Virus record (IMG/VR): IMGVR_UViG_2671181012_000016
Origin: a virus
Lineage: Duplodnaviria; Heunggongvirae; Uroviricota; Caudoviricetes
Strand: one strand, 5' to 3'
Length of the DNA: 5,397 nt
This document shows, in pieces, positions 1 to 5,397 of this stretch (its first letter is position 1; each line of letters starts with the position of its first letter). Both the position numbers and the translations under genes were made by a program. Below the pieces are notes generated by a model. That model had not been told where the DNA came from and made no database searches. It saw only the letters and a program-made list of their open reading frames with translations.

Positions 1-717
1 ATGGATGATAACAATATATCGGTCAAACAATATATTATTTATTCGGTTATGAATGATTTAATTACTGGTGGGCGAGAATCTTCAGTTTTAAACGTTCCTG
101 TATCTTTATCCCCGAGAAACTCCACCATAGAGGCTATAAAACGCTTGATTGATGATATAAGAGATTATTTTTATAAATCAAAATATCCAACAAGAGAATT
201 TCTTTTGTGTTATGGTTTAGAATCAAGTGAAATCGAGCAATATCCTATTGAATTAGCTGCAAAAATTGATTCATGTGGTTTTTTAATATTTGATAGTAAA
301 CTATCTTGTCAGGTTGTCGATACTTTAAATTCAGCAGTTGCATTGTACCATGTCGGAATGCGTAATCACGCAGACAAACTTACTAGAGTTGGTGTTGAGT
401 TATTGCTTAATGATTTTTTTGAAGAAATTATATCGAACCATGAAAAAGATAAAAAAATAAAGGATGCTTTATCCTTATCACAGAAAGAAAAAGCGCGCAA
501 ACCAAGAAATCATTATTACAATGAAGTTATGCACGTAATTAAACTAACATGGGAAAAGTACCCTAAAGCCAGTAAAACAGGTTTATTGAACGAGCTTTCT
601 GTTTACTACCATGGGAAAGTAAGTAAAAACACGCTAGATAGATGGATTAAAGAATCAGGGGCACAACCACCAAAGCCTGATAAATACTCTTCGTTTGAGC
701 TTGTTCACCCCCAATAG
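1..717 (+). CDS. hypothetical protein; AT-rich cargo gene with unassigned N-terminal region and C-terminal helix-turn-helix-like segment
   Basis: 238-codon ORF starting at the window edge, so the true start and RBS are not visible. Composition is clearly AT-rich (by-eye estimate ~30% GC against ~50% or more for the rest of the window). C-terminal segment KTGLLNELSVYYHGKVSKNTLDRWIKESG has helix-turn-helix character, preceded by a Lys-rich linker. No family recognised. Confidence 0.55.
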   Translation: MDDNNISVKQYIIYSVMNDLITGGRESSVLNVPVSLSPRNSTIEAIKRLIDDIRDYFYKSKYPTREFLLCYGLESSEIEQYPIELAAKIDSCGFLIFDSKLSCQVVDTLNSAVALYHVGMRNHADKLTRVGVELLLNDFFEEIISNHEKDKKIKDALSLSQKEKARKPRNHYYNEVMHVIKLTWEKYPKASKTGLLNELSVYYHGKVSKNTLDRWIKESGAQPPKPDKYSSFELVHPQ

Positions 718-797
718 CTGGCTACGGTATTTTAATAGCTGGCTATTGAGGCTAAATAACTGGTAACAGCCCCACAGCAACTGGCTATTGGGCTAAA
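713..797 (+). repeat. three phased direct repeats containing CTGGCTA (two longer copies CTGGCTATTG(A)GGCTAAA) in the intergenic region upstream of the excisionase-family gene
   Basis: AATAGCTGGCTA at 713-724 and 734-745; CTGGCTATTGAGGCTAAA at 739-756; CTGGCTATTGGGCTAAA at 781-797. Core copies start at 718, 739 and 781, i.e. spaced 21 and 42 bp (same helical face). Confidence 0.45.
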
Positions 798-822
798 AAC
801 AAAATACTCATTGATTGATATT

Positions 823-856
823 TATCACCGTTGTTACTTAGACGTACACGGTGATA
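823..856 (+). promoter_or_regulatory. inverted repeat TATCACCG / CGGTGATA overlapping the putative ribosome-binding site of the downstream HTH gene
   Basis: TATCACCG at 823-830 and its exact reverse complement CGGTGATA at 849-856, separated by 18 nt. The right arm contains GGTGA (850-854), the likely Shine-Dalgarno for the ATG at 860. Confidence 0.3.
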
Positions 857-859
857 GAT

Positions 860-1069
860 ATGAATTTAAAGAAATCTGATTTATCAACTGACCGCCTTAC
901 ACGTGCTGAAGCTGCTGCCTACCTTGGCGTTAACAATCAAACACTGGCGAACTGGGCGTGTACTGGCAAGGTAAAAATCCCTTTCCATAAGCTTGGTCGC
1001 AAAGTGCTGTATATGCGCACTGATCTCGATGCTTATCTTGCATCCACTCGCAGAACGCAGACGGTGTAA
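860..1069 (+). CDS. excisionase-family helix-turn-helix DNA-binding protein (AlpA/Vis-like regulator or excisionase)
   Basis: 69-aa product with LTRAEAAAYLGVNNQTLANWACTGKVKIPFHKLGRKVLYMRTDLDAYL, matching the pattern of excisionase-type (MerR-like) HTH domains (hydrophobic-EAA-LGVS-TLYRW-GK-P-K-GRK-RF-DL-WL). ATG at 860 is preceded by GGTGA; the ORF track starts at an in-frame GTG at 851. Stop TAA at 1067-1069. Confidence 0.8.
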   Translation: MNLKKSDLSTDRLTRAEAAAYLGVNNQTLANWACTGKVKIPFHKLGRKVLYMRTDLDAYLASTRRTQTV

Positions 1070-1083
1070 GGGGGAGTGATGGC

Positions 1084-1115
1084 ACATAAAACAAAGGCGA
1101 CCGGGGGCGGTCGCC
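1084..1115 (-). terminator. putative rho-independent terminator for the leftward small gene
   Basis: Perfect 8-bp GC-rich stem GGCGACCG (1096-1103) / CGGTCGCC (1108-1115) with a 4-nt loop. On the minus strand it is followed by the T-rich run TTTGTTTTATG (complement of 1084-1095). The + strand has no T-tract after the stem. Confidence 0.5.
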
Positions 1116-1209
1116 AATGGATACACACTAAACTTGAACGCATCACCAACAATGCCACATTTGCGGCTGGTGGGCAATGTGATCAGTGTGCTGGCTTGCT
1201 GGTTGGCTG

Positions 1210-1392
1210 TCAGCCTTTGGGTTCTATGCCTTCTTTGCGTAGCTTATCACGACAAGCATTTTTTACCCATGAGCTGAAATTACCAGGCCCAGCAACTTCG
1301 TTAATTTGTTGCAACAATGTGTCTTCGAAGCGGATGTTTTTCTTTGTGCTGCCGGAGCGATCAAATTTTGGTTTCACATTTTCTTCTTGCAT
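1210..1392 (-). CDS. small ribbon-helix-helix-like DNA-binding protein (putative repressor)
   Basis: 60-aa ORF convergent with the HTH gene. KKNIRFEDTLLQQINEVAGPGNFSSWVKNACRDKL fits a beta-strand/helix/helix (Arc/CopG-type) pattern. Its start codon abuts the palindromic operators and a terminator lies downstream. No clear Shine-Dalgarno, and a long + strand ORF overlaps it, so coding status is uncertain. Confidence 0.5.
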   Translation of the reverse strand: MQEENVKPKFDRSGSTKKNIRFEDTLLQQINEVAGPGNFSSWVKNACRDKLRKEGIEPKG

Positions 1393-1436
1393 TGGTACGT
1401 ACCATCGTTATAAACTGAAATTAAATGGTACGTACC
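1387..1436 (+). promoter_or_regulatory. putative rightward promoter of the replication operon with two palindromic operator sites
   Basis: Perfect 12-bp palindrome TGGTACGTACCA at 1393-1404 and a second copy of the core GGTACGTACC at 1427-1436, centres ~33 bp apart. Candidate -35 TTGCAT (1387-1392) and -10 TATAAA (1409-1414) with a 16-bp spacer that contains the first palindrome; the second palindrome lies just downstream of the predicted transcription start. Confidence 0.5.
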
Positions 1437-1465
1437 GCATTAAAAATACGCAACCATTAAATACA

Positions 1466-1502
1466 GCGAAGCCCGGTAGTGCGGGAACACTAACCGGGCT
1501 TC
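1466..1502 (+). other. long stable stem-loop in the leader of the rightward operon (possible RNA regulatory or processing element)
   Basis: GAAGCCCGGT (1468-1477) pairs perfectly with ACCGGGCTTC (1493-1502); the stem extends with AGTG (1478-1481) / CACT (1488-1491), leaving a 1-nt bulge and a 6-nt loop CGGGAA. No U-tract follows on the + strand. Confidence 0.4.
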
Positions 1503-1537
1503 TAACCACCAACGATAACGATAGTATCGAGGTAGCT

Positions 1538-1741
1538 ATGTTAAATCATACCACACACCCGCAAGGGCGGTACTCGCACGACCTGAATAAATACATCTGG
1601 CGTTTTATCGCCCTGAGCACGGCACAACCGCGCGTGATTACCATTGAGGCCACCAGCGAACAGGAAGCACGCCAGCAATCCCCGGCTGGCTACGTGATGG
1701 TATTCGCCGCCCGTATTCGTCAGGGGGTGTGCCATGCCTGA
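1538..1741 (+). CDS. small hypothetical protein, first gene of the replication operon (possibly Icd-like; tentative)
   Basis: ATG at 1538 preceded by GAGG (1528-1531). 67-aa product MLNHTTHPQGRYSHDLNKYIWRFIALSTAQPRVITIEATSEQEARQQSPAGYVMVFAARIRQGVCHA. The stop overlaps the next start (ATGCCTGA). The Icd-like assignment is from memory of small proteins at this position in P4-like elements and is unverified. Confidence 0.55.
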   Translation: MLNHTTHPQGRYSHDLNKYIWRFIALSTAQPRVITIEATSEQEARQQSPAGYVMVFAARIRQGVCHA

Positions 1742-2054
1742 TATGTCAAATTACCAGTACCTGATTAATCCGCATTTTAACTGTGAGCATGATATTGCTA
1801 AAAAGGTTTATTCCGCTGCTGATGGGGCTACTGACAATATATCAATGGCTGTTGCGTCAATTGGTAGCCTGATGTGGCATGCGTCAGAAAATGAGGACTA
1901 TGACGAAAAGGCCATGCGCATTGATATGGGTAATATCGGTTTGTTACTGGCAATGCTTGGGCAGTTTGATATTTCGTTACGGTGCACCATTGAAAATGCC
2001 ACAGATGCATTAAATGCCATAAAGAAAGCGAATACTGATTCAAATCGGGGATAA
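1734..2054 (+). CDS. hypothetical protein
   Basis: 106-aa ORF; ATG at 1734 preceded by GGGGG (1723-1727) and overlapping the upstream stop by 8 nt (translational coupling). No recognisable motif. Confidence 0.6.
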   Translation: MPDMSNYQYLINPHFNCEHDIAKKVYSAADGATDNISMAVASIGSLMWHASENEDYDEKAMRIDMGNIGLLLAMLGQFDISLRCTIENATDALNAIKKANTDSNRG

Positions 2055-2060
2055 ATAATC

Positions 2061-2360
2061 ATGAGAACATATTTATCTGGCTTGACTGCCAGCGGTTATG
2101 CACACCCCAAAATTATCCCCGGCGCTATTTATCTGGATAAGAACGGTAACAGAGTAACGGTAAAAGAACTGATGTTTGACCGTGTGTATTTTATTCGTGA
2201 TGGCTATTCATTTCATAGTTCGCTGAACGTGGAGATCTTTATTAGCAGATTCCGGCGGGAAATCCCGACTTCCAGAAATAACCATGTGTCACGTGTGGAT
2301 GTGGATAAAAAACTGCAGGAACTGAAAAACATGATTGCCGCGTGGAGAGAGCCGAAATGA
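2061..2360 (+). CDS. hypothetical protein
   Basis: 99-aa ORF starting 6 nt after the preceding stop. Its stop TGA (2358-2360) overlaps the ATG (2357-2359) of the replication gene as ATGA. No recognisable motif. Confidence 0.6.
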   Translation: MRTYLSGLTASGYAHPKIIPGAIYLDKNGNRVTVKELMFDRVYFIRDGYSFHSSLNVEIFISRFRREIPTSRNNHVSRVDVDKKLQELKNMIAAWREPK

Positions 2361-4174
2361 AAAAAGCGCCAAATTTAAAACACCAGCCGCGTGACAAAAT
2401 GACGGAAGTCATCATTTTTGCGGGTAGTGATGCGTGGGCACATGCGAAGCAGTGGCAGGAACAGGACGGGCGACTGGCTGGCGATAACGTGCCACCTGTC
2501 TGGCTTGGAGAGCAACAACTTGCCGAACTGGACAACCTGCAAATCGTACCGGACGGACGCTATCGCGTGCGTCTCTACCAGGCGGGGTTATTGCGTCCGG
2601 GGCTTGTTAATACCATCGGGCAGAAACTGGCAGCGGCAGGTGTCAGGGATGCTGATTATTATCCTGAAGGAATGCACAGCCAGAAACGGGAGAACTGGCG
2701 CGAATATCTGGAACGTGAACGGGCAGAGCAGGCGGAAAAGAAAAAGGTAGTTGAACTGCCTGTAAAGAAAAAAGAGCGGGTAAAAGACGATAACGCTTCA
2801 TCACTGGCGCTTAACCAGATGGGAGCAAGTCAACGCGGCGAAGTTCTCCTGGCACATTATGGCGGTGAACTGGCGATTCATGCTGACTCTGACACTGTTC
2901 ACCATTACAACGGCGTTGTATGGGAGCCAGTACAGGATAAAGAATTACAGCGAGCTATGGCACAGATTTTCATTGATGCGGAGATCAGCTATTCGCAGAA
3001 CGCCATTAAATCGGCGGTCGATACCATGAAGTTAAGTTTGCCTGTAATGGGGAATACAGCCCGTAACCTGATTGGATTCAGTAACGGGGTATTTGATACC
3101 AGAACAGGTAATTTTCGGGAGCATAACAAAAACGACTGGTTGTTAATTGCCAGTGAATTACCTTTCAGCCCACCAGCAGAGGGGGAAACGCTGGCAACAC
3201 ATGCGCCGAATTTCTGGAAGTGGTTACGCCGTTCGGTGGCTGAGAATGACCGCAAGGCGGATCGCGTACTGGCTGCATTATTCATGGTGCTGGCGAACCG
3301 GTACGACTGGCAGTTATTCATTGAGGTAACAGGTCCAGGGGGAAGTGGTAAAAGCGTGATGGCGGAGATTTGCACCATGCTGGCGGGTAAGGCCAACACA
3401 GTATCGGCAAGCATGAAGGCGCTGGAAGATGCAAGGGAACGCGCGTTAGTGGTTGGCTTTTCGCTGATTATCATGCCGGATATGACCCGCTACGCTGGTG
3501 ATGGGGCAGGGATTAAGGCTATTACAGGCGGTGACAAGGTGGCAATTGACCCGAAACACAAAGCCCCCTACTCAACGCGTATTCCGGCAGTAGTGCTGGC
3601 GGTTAACAATAACGCCATGTCATTCAGTGACCGCAGCGGGGGGATCTCGCGCCGTCGGGTGATATTCAATTTTTCGGAAGTTGTACCGGAGAACGAACGC
3701 GATTCCATGCTGGCAGAAAAAATAGAAGGAGAGCTGGCGGTTGTGATTCGCCACCTGCTTACTCGTTTTTCTGACCAGGACGAAGCTAAACGCCTGCTGT
3801 ATGAGCAGCAGAAATCAGAAGAAGCTCTGGTGATAAAACGCGAGGGCGATTCGCTGGTGGACTTCTGCGGCTATCTCATGTCGTCGGTAATGTGTGATGG
3901 CCTGTTAGTGGGTAATGCTGAAATTGTGCCATTCAGCCCGCGCAGGTATCTCTATCATGCCTATCTGGCTTATATGAAGGCACATGGGTTTGGTAAACCT
4001 GTAACACTGACGCGCTTCGGTAAAGATATGCCGGGGGCAATGGCGGAATATGGCAGGGAGTATATGAAACGGAAAACGAAGCACGGTTTGCGTTCAAACG
4101 TGAAACTGACGGAGGAATCAGAAGACTGGATGCCGTCATGTGTATCGGTCACTAATGACGATAGCAAAAATTAA
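2357..4174 (+). CDS. P4 alpha-like replication initiation protein (phage/plasmid primase-helicase family, SF3 helicase-type P-loop NTPase)
   Basis: 605-aa product from ATG 2357 with RBS GGAGAG (2344-2349); the ORF track starts at an in-frame GTG at 2342. Walker A motif GPGGSGKS encoded at 3332-3355, followed by a hydrophobic stretch ending in D (LIIMPD), a Walker B candidate. A charged Lys/Glu-rich linker (~2690-2790) separates an N-terminal ~110-aa region from the NTPase region. The iteron array immediately downstream matches the arrangement of P4 alpha and crr. Confidence 0.8.
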   Translation: MKKAPNLKHQPRDKMTEVIIFAGSDAWAHAKQWQEQDGRLAGDNVPPVWLGEQQLAELDNLQIVPDGRYRVRLYQAGLLRPGLVNTIGQKLAAAGVRDADYYPEGMHSQKRENWREYLERERAEQAEKKKVVELPVKKKERVKDDNASSLALNQMGASQRGEVLLAHYGGELAIHADSDTVHHYNGVVWEPVQDKELQRAMAQIFIDAEISYSQNAIKSAVDTMKLSLPVMGNTARNLIGFSNGVFDTRTGNFREHNKNDWLLIASELPFSPPAEGETLATHAPNFWKWLRRSVAENDRKADRVLAALFMVLANRYDWQLFIEVTGPGGSGKSVMAEICTMLAGKANTVSASMKALEDARERALVVGFSLIIMPDMTRYAGDGAGIKAITGGDKVAIDPKHKAPYSTRIPAVVLAVNNNAMSFSDRSGGISRRRVIFNFSEVVPENERDSMLAEKIEGELAVVIRHLLTRFSDQDEAKRLLYEQQKSEEALVIKREGDSLVDFCGYLMSSVMCDGLLVGNAEIVPFSPRRYLYHAYLAYMKAHGFGKPVTLTRFGKDMPGAMAEYGREYMKRKTKHGLRSNVKLTEESEDWMPSCVSVTNDDSKN

Positions 4175-4184
4175 ACTTATGGAA

Positions 4185-4417
4185 TAACTGTTCACCACTG
4201 TTCACTCTGTCATAAATATCTTTTATATCAGTATATTATAGGGTGAACAGTTATTTATGAACTGTTCACCAAACTATTCACTGTTCACCTTTTTGATTGT
4301 TTATTGAGCTTCAAGGGTGAACAGTGGTGAATAGTTGGTGAATAGTTTTTGTGAAACTGTTCACCCCTTAACATTATGAATTAAAAGATAAAATATCAAA
4401 AGGTGAACAGGTGAAGG
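4185..4417. repeat. replication-origin iteron array (P4 crr/ori-like), TGTTCACC octamers in both orientations with AT-rich spacers
   Basis: Perfect TGTTCACC at 4189-4196, 4263-4270, 4282-4289 and 4358-4365. Perfect inverted GGTGAACA at 4252-4259, 4316-4323 and 4402-4409. Variants TGTTCACT 4199-4206, TATTCAC 4275-4281, GGTGAATA 4326-4333 and 4337-4344, GTGAAGG 4411-4417. AT-rich stretches at 4211-4240 and 4371-4400. Two tandem ~65-75 bp units (4186-4260, 4261-4324) share the layout ACTGTTCACC ... CTGTTCAC ... AT-rich ... GGGTGAACAG. Confidence 0.85.
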
Positions 4418-4461
4418 GTTAAAACGCAAAAATTTTAATTTACTGCTGTGAGATAAAGCCT

Positions 4462-4707
4462 ATGACAGCGAAGCACACAAAAAAATCACAATCGCACGCC
4501 CTTGATTTGACGGAACACTGGTTAAGGGTGTCGATAAAAATCATCGACCGCAACGCCGGGGAAGGATATGCGAAAGCACATCCCGAACTGATTAGCGCAT
4601 TCATGACAACGGCAGCTGCAAACTTTGCCACGCTGACAGAGCGGGAGATTGCCGAAGCGGAACAGGTAACAACCATCAACGTTAAAACCGGAGAGGTGAA
4701 ATCATGA
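4462..4707 (+). CDS. hypothetical protein
   Basis: 81-aa ORF with a weak RBS. Its stop TGA (4705-4707) overlaps the ATG (4704-4706) of the SSB gene as ATGA, which supports it being a real coupled gene. Confidence 0.5.
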   Translation: MTAKHTKKSQSHALDLTEHWLRVSIKIIDRNAGEGYAKAHPELISAFMTTAAANFATLTEREIAEAEQVTTINVKTGEVKS

Positions 4708-5114
4708 CAGCACAGATAGCCGCTTACGGGCGGCTGGTGGACGACCCGCAGGTAAAACAGACCAGCAAGGGCACACCGATGACGCTGGCGCGTATGGCGG
4801 TATCACTGCCATGCAGTCAGGCACAGGACGGACAGGCGACGTTATGGTTATCGGTCATCGCATTTGGCAAACAGGCCGACCAACTGGCAGGACATGAGAA
4901 AGGCAACGTAATCAGCGTATCCGGCGTGATGCAGATAAGCCAGTGGACCGGACAGAACGGGGAGACGCGTCAGGGTTATCAGGTCATTGCCGACAGCGTA
5001 ATCAGTGCGAAAACGGTGCGACCAGGCGGGAACAGACGCAAAACCACAGGCACACAGGGTAATCAGCCACCAGCGGGAGGCGATGACCCTTACGGTGATG
5101 ATATTCCGTTCTGA
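4704..5114 (+). CDS. ssb: single-stranded DNA-binding protein (SSB)
   Basis: 136-aa product with strong RBS GGAGAGG (4689-4695). The N-terminal ~110 aa have SSB/OB-fold character (IAAYGRLVDDPQVKQTSKGTPMTLARMAVSL ... WLSVIAFGKQADQLAGHEKGNVISVSGVMQISQWTGQNGETRQGYQVIADSVI). A Gly/Pro/Gln-rich linker leads to the acidic C-terminal tail DDPYGDDIPF, matching the DDDIPF tail of E. coli SSB. Confidence 0.9.
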   Translation: MTAQIAAYGRLVDDPQVKQTSKGTPMTLARMAVSLPCSQAQDGQATLWLSVIAFGKQADQLAGHEKGNVISVSGVMQISQWTGQNGETRQGYQVIADSVISAKTVRPGGNRRKTTGTQGNQPPAGGDDPYGDDIPF

Positions 5115-5124
5115 GGGGGTGACG

Positions 5125-5397
5125 ATGGTACATGACCGCATAGCGGAAGAACTCGAAGCGAAAGGATTTTACCGGAGGGCGGCGGCGCGATGGGGTGAAG
5201 TCATGATGCTGGTGGAGACAGACAAGGAACGGCATCACATCACGATGCGACGGCTGGAATGTTCCAGGAAGGCACAGAGGCCACCGGAGCCGCCTGATAA
5301 TTTCGGAGACCTGAGAAATGCAGTTAATCGCACTTGTGCCGAAATGGGTATAGATGGTGCTGGTGATGAAATATGGCGCAATTACCAGGACAGCTAA
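5125..5397 (+). CDS. PerC-family transcriptional regulator-like protein
   Basis: 90-aa product from ATG 5125 with RBS GAGGGGG (5113-5119) just after the SSB stop. N-terminal IAEELEAKGFYRRAAARWGEVM resembles, from memory, the N-terminal WRRAA-containing motif of PerC/Pch regulators. Stop TAA at 5395-5397. The in-frame upstream extension to 5005 overlaps ssb and is not used. Confidence 0.6.
   Translation: MVHDRIAEELEAKGFYRRAAARWGEVMMLVETDKERHHITMRRLECSRKAQRPPEPPDNFGDLRNAVNRTCAEMGIDGAGDEIWRNYQDS

Noticed and set aside
702-709. Single TGTTCACC octamer at the 3' end of the first gene, as a possible second origin (ori) site
   Set aside because: It is one isolated copy inside coding sequence. A single 8-mer match in a 5.4-kb window is not unlikely by chance, and no cluster accompanies it.
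1096-1115. The GC-rich hairpin as a terminator for the + strand HTH gene
   Set aside because: No T-tract follows the stem on the + strand. The T-rich run is on the minus-strand side only, so it is assigned as the terminator of the leftward small gene.
884-1177. 97-aa minus-strand ORF overlapping the excisionase-family gene
   Set aside because: Entirely antisense to a gene with a recognisable family signature, with no start context or motif of its own.
1076-1537. Long + strand ORF (221 aa in the track) starting after a strong AGGGGGAG/ATG just downstream of the HTH gene and running through the operator region into the small gene at 1538
   Set aside because: The N-terminal ~150 aa look like a non-protein translation (Cys/Gly/Ser/Thr-rich, no motifs). 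The ORF crosses a terminator hairpin, the palindromic operators and the leader stem-loop, and the last 67 codons have their own RBS and ATG at 1538. Only the 1538..1741 portion is annotated as coding. A short leader peptide beginning at 1079 cannot be excluded.
1541-2043. Minus-strand ORFs 1541..1735 and 1828..2043
   Set aside because: Antisense to the tightly coupled + strand operon genes; no RBS and no motif.
2242-4167. Several antisense or alternate-frame ORFs inside the alpha-like gene (2242..2535 -, 2418..2750 +, 2989..3474 -, 3147..3329 +, 3933..4139 -, 3970..4167 -)
   Set aside because: All are embedded in a long gene with a clear P-loop signature, and their products are compositionally odd (Cys/Ser/Pro-rich). 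They are typical shadow ORFs.
4185-4417. Possibility that the short repeat array is a CRISPR array
   Set aside because: The repeats are only 8-10 bp, occur in both orientations and have irregular spacing. This is the signature of an iteron origin, not of 25-40 bp CRISPR repeats with unique spacers.
4462-4707. EGYAKA in the 81-aa product, resembling the EGYATA motif described for P4 alpha and plasmid primases
   Set aside because: An 81-aa protein is far too small to be a primase domain and the surrounding sequence shows no other primase features. It is treated as coincidence, though a remnant of a rearranged primase gene cannot be strictly excluded.
5005-5124. Upstream in-frame extension of the PerC-like ORF (track start at 5005) overlapping the SSB gene, and the minus-strand ORFs 4848..5141 and 5002..5238
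   Set aside because: The extension overlaps the SSB C-terminus in another frame and has no RBS, whereas ATG 5125 has a strong GAGGGGG Shine-Dalgarno just after the ssb stop. The minus-strand ORFs are antisense shadows.

Overview
This window reads as the regulatory and replication core of a P4-like phage satellite or integrative element from an enterobacterium, with almost all genes on the + strand. An AT-rich cargo gene of unknown function (1..717) is followed by an excisionase-family HTH gene (AlpA/Vis-like), a convergent small ribbon-helix-helix-like gene, and a promoter carrying twin palindromic operators. That promoter heads a tightly coupled operon of three small unknown genes and a 605-aa P4 alpha-like replication protein with a Walker A motif. 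Directly downstream is a dense array of TGTTCACC iterons (a crr/ori-like origin), then a small gene, an SSB with a DDIPF tail, and a PerC-family regulator. No tRNA, rRNA, CRISPR array or transposase was seen. The best candidate for something undescribed is the AT-rich gene at 1..717, which I could not assign to any family. All family calls are from reading the translations and motifs by eye; no searches were run.
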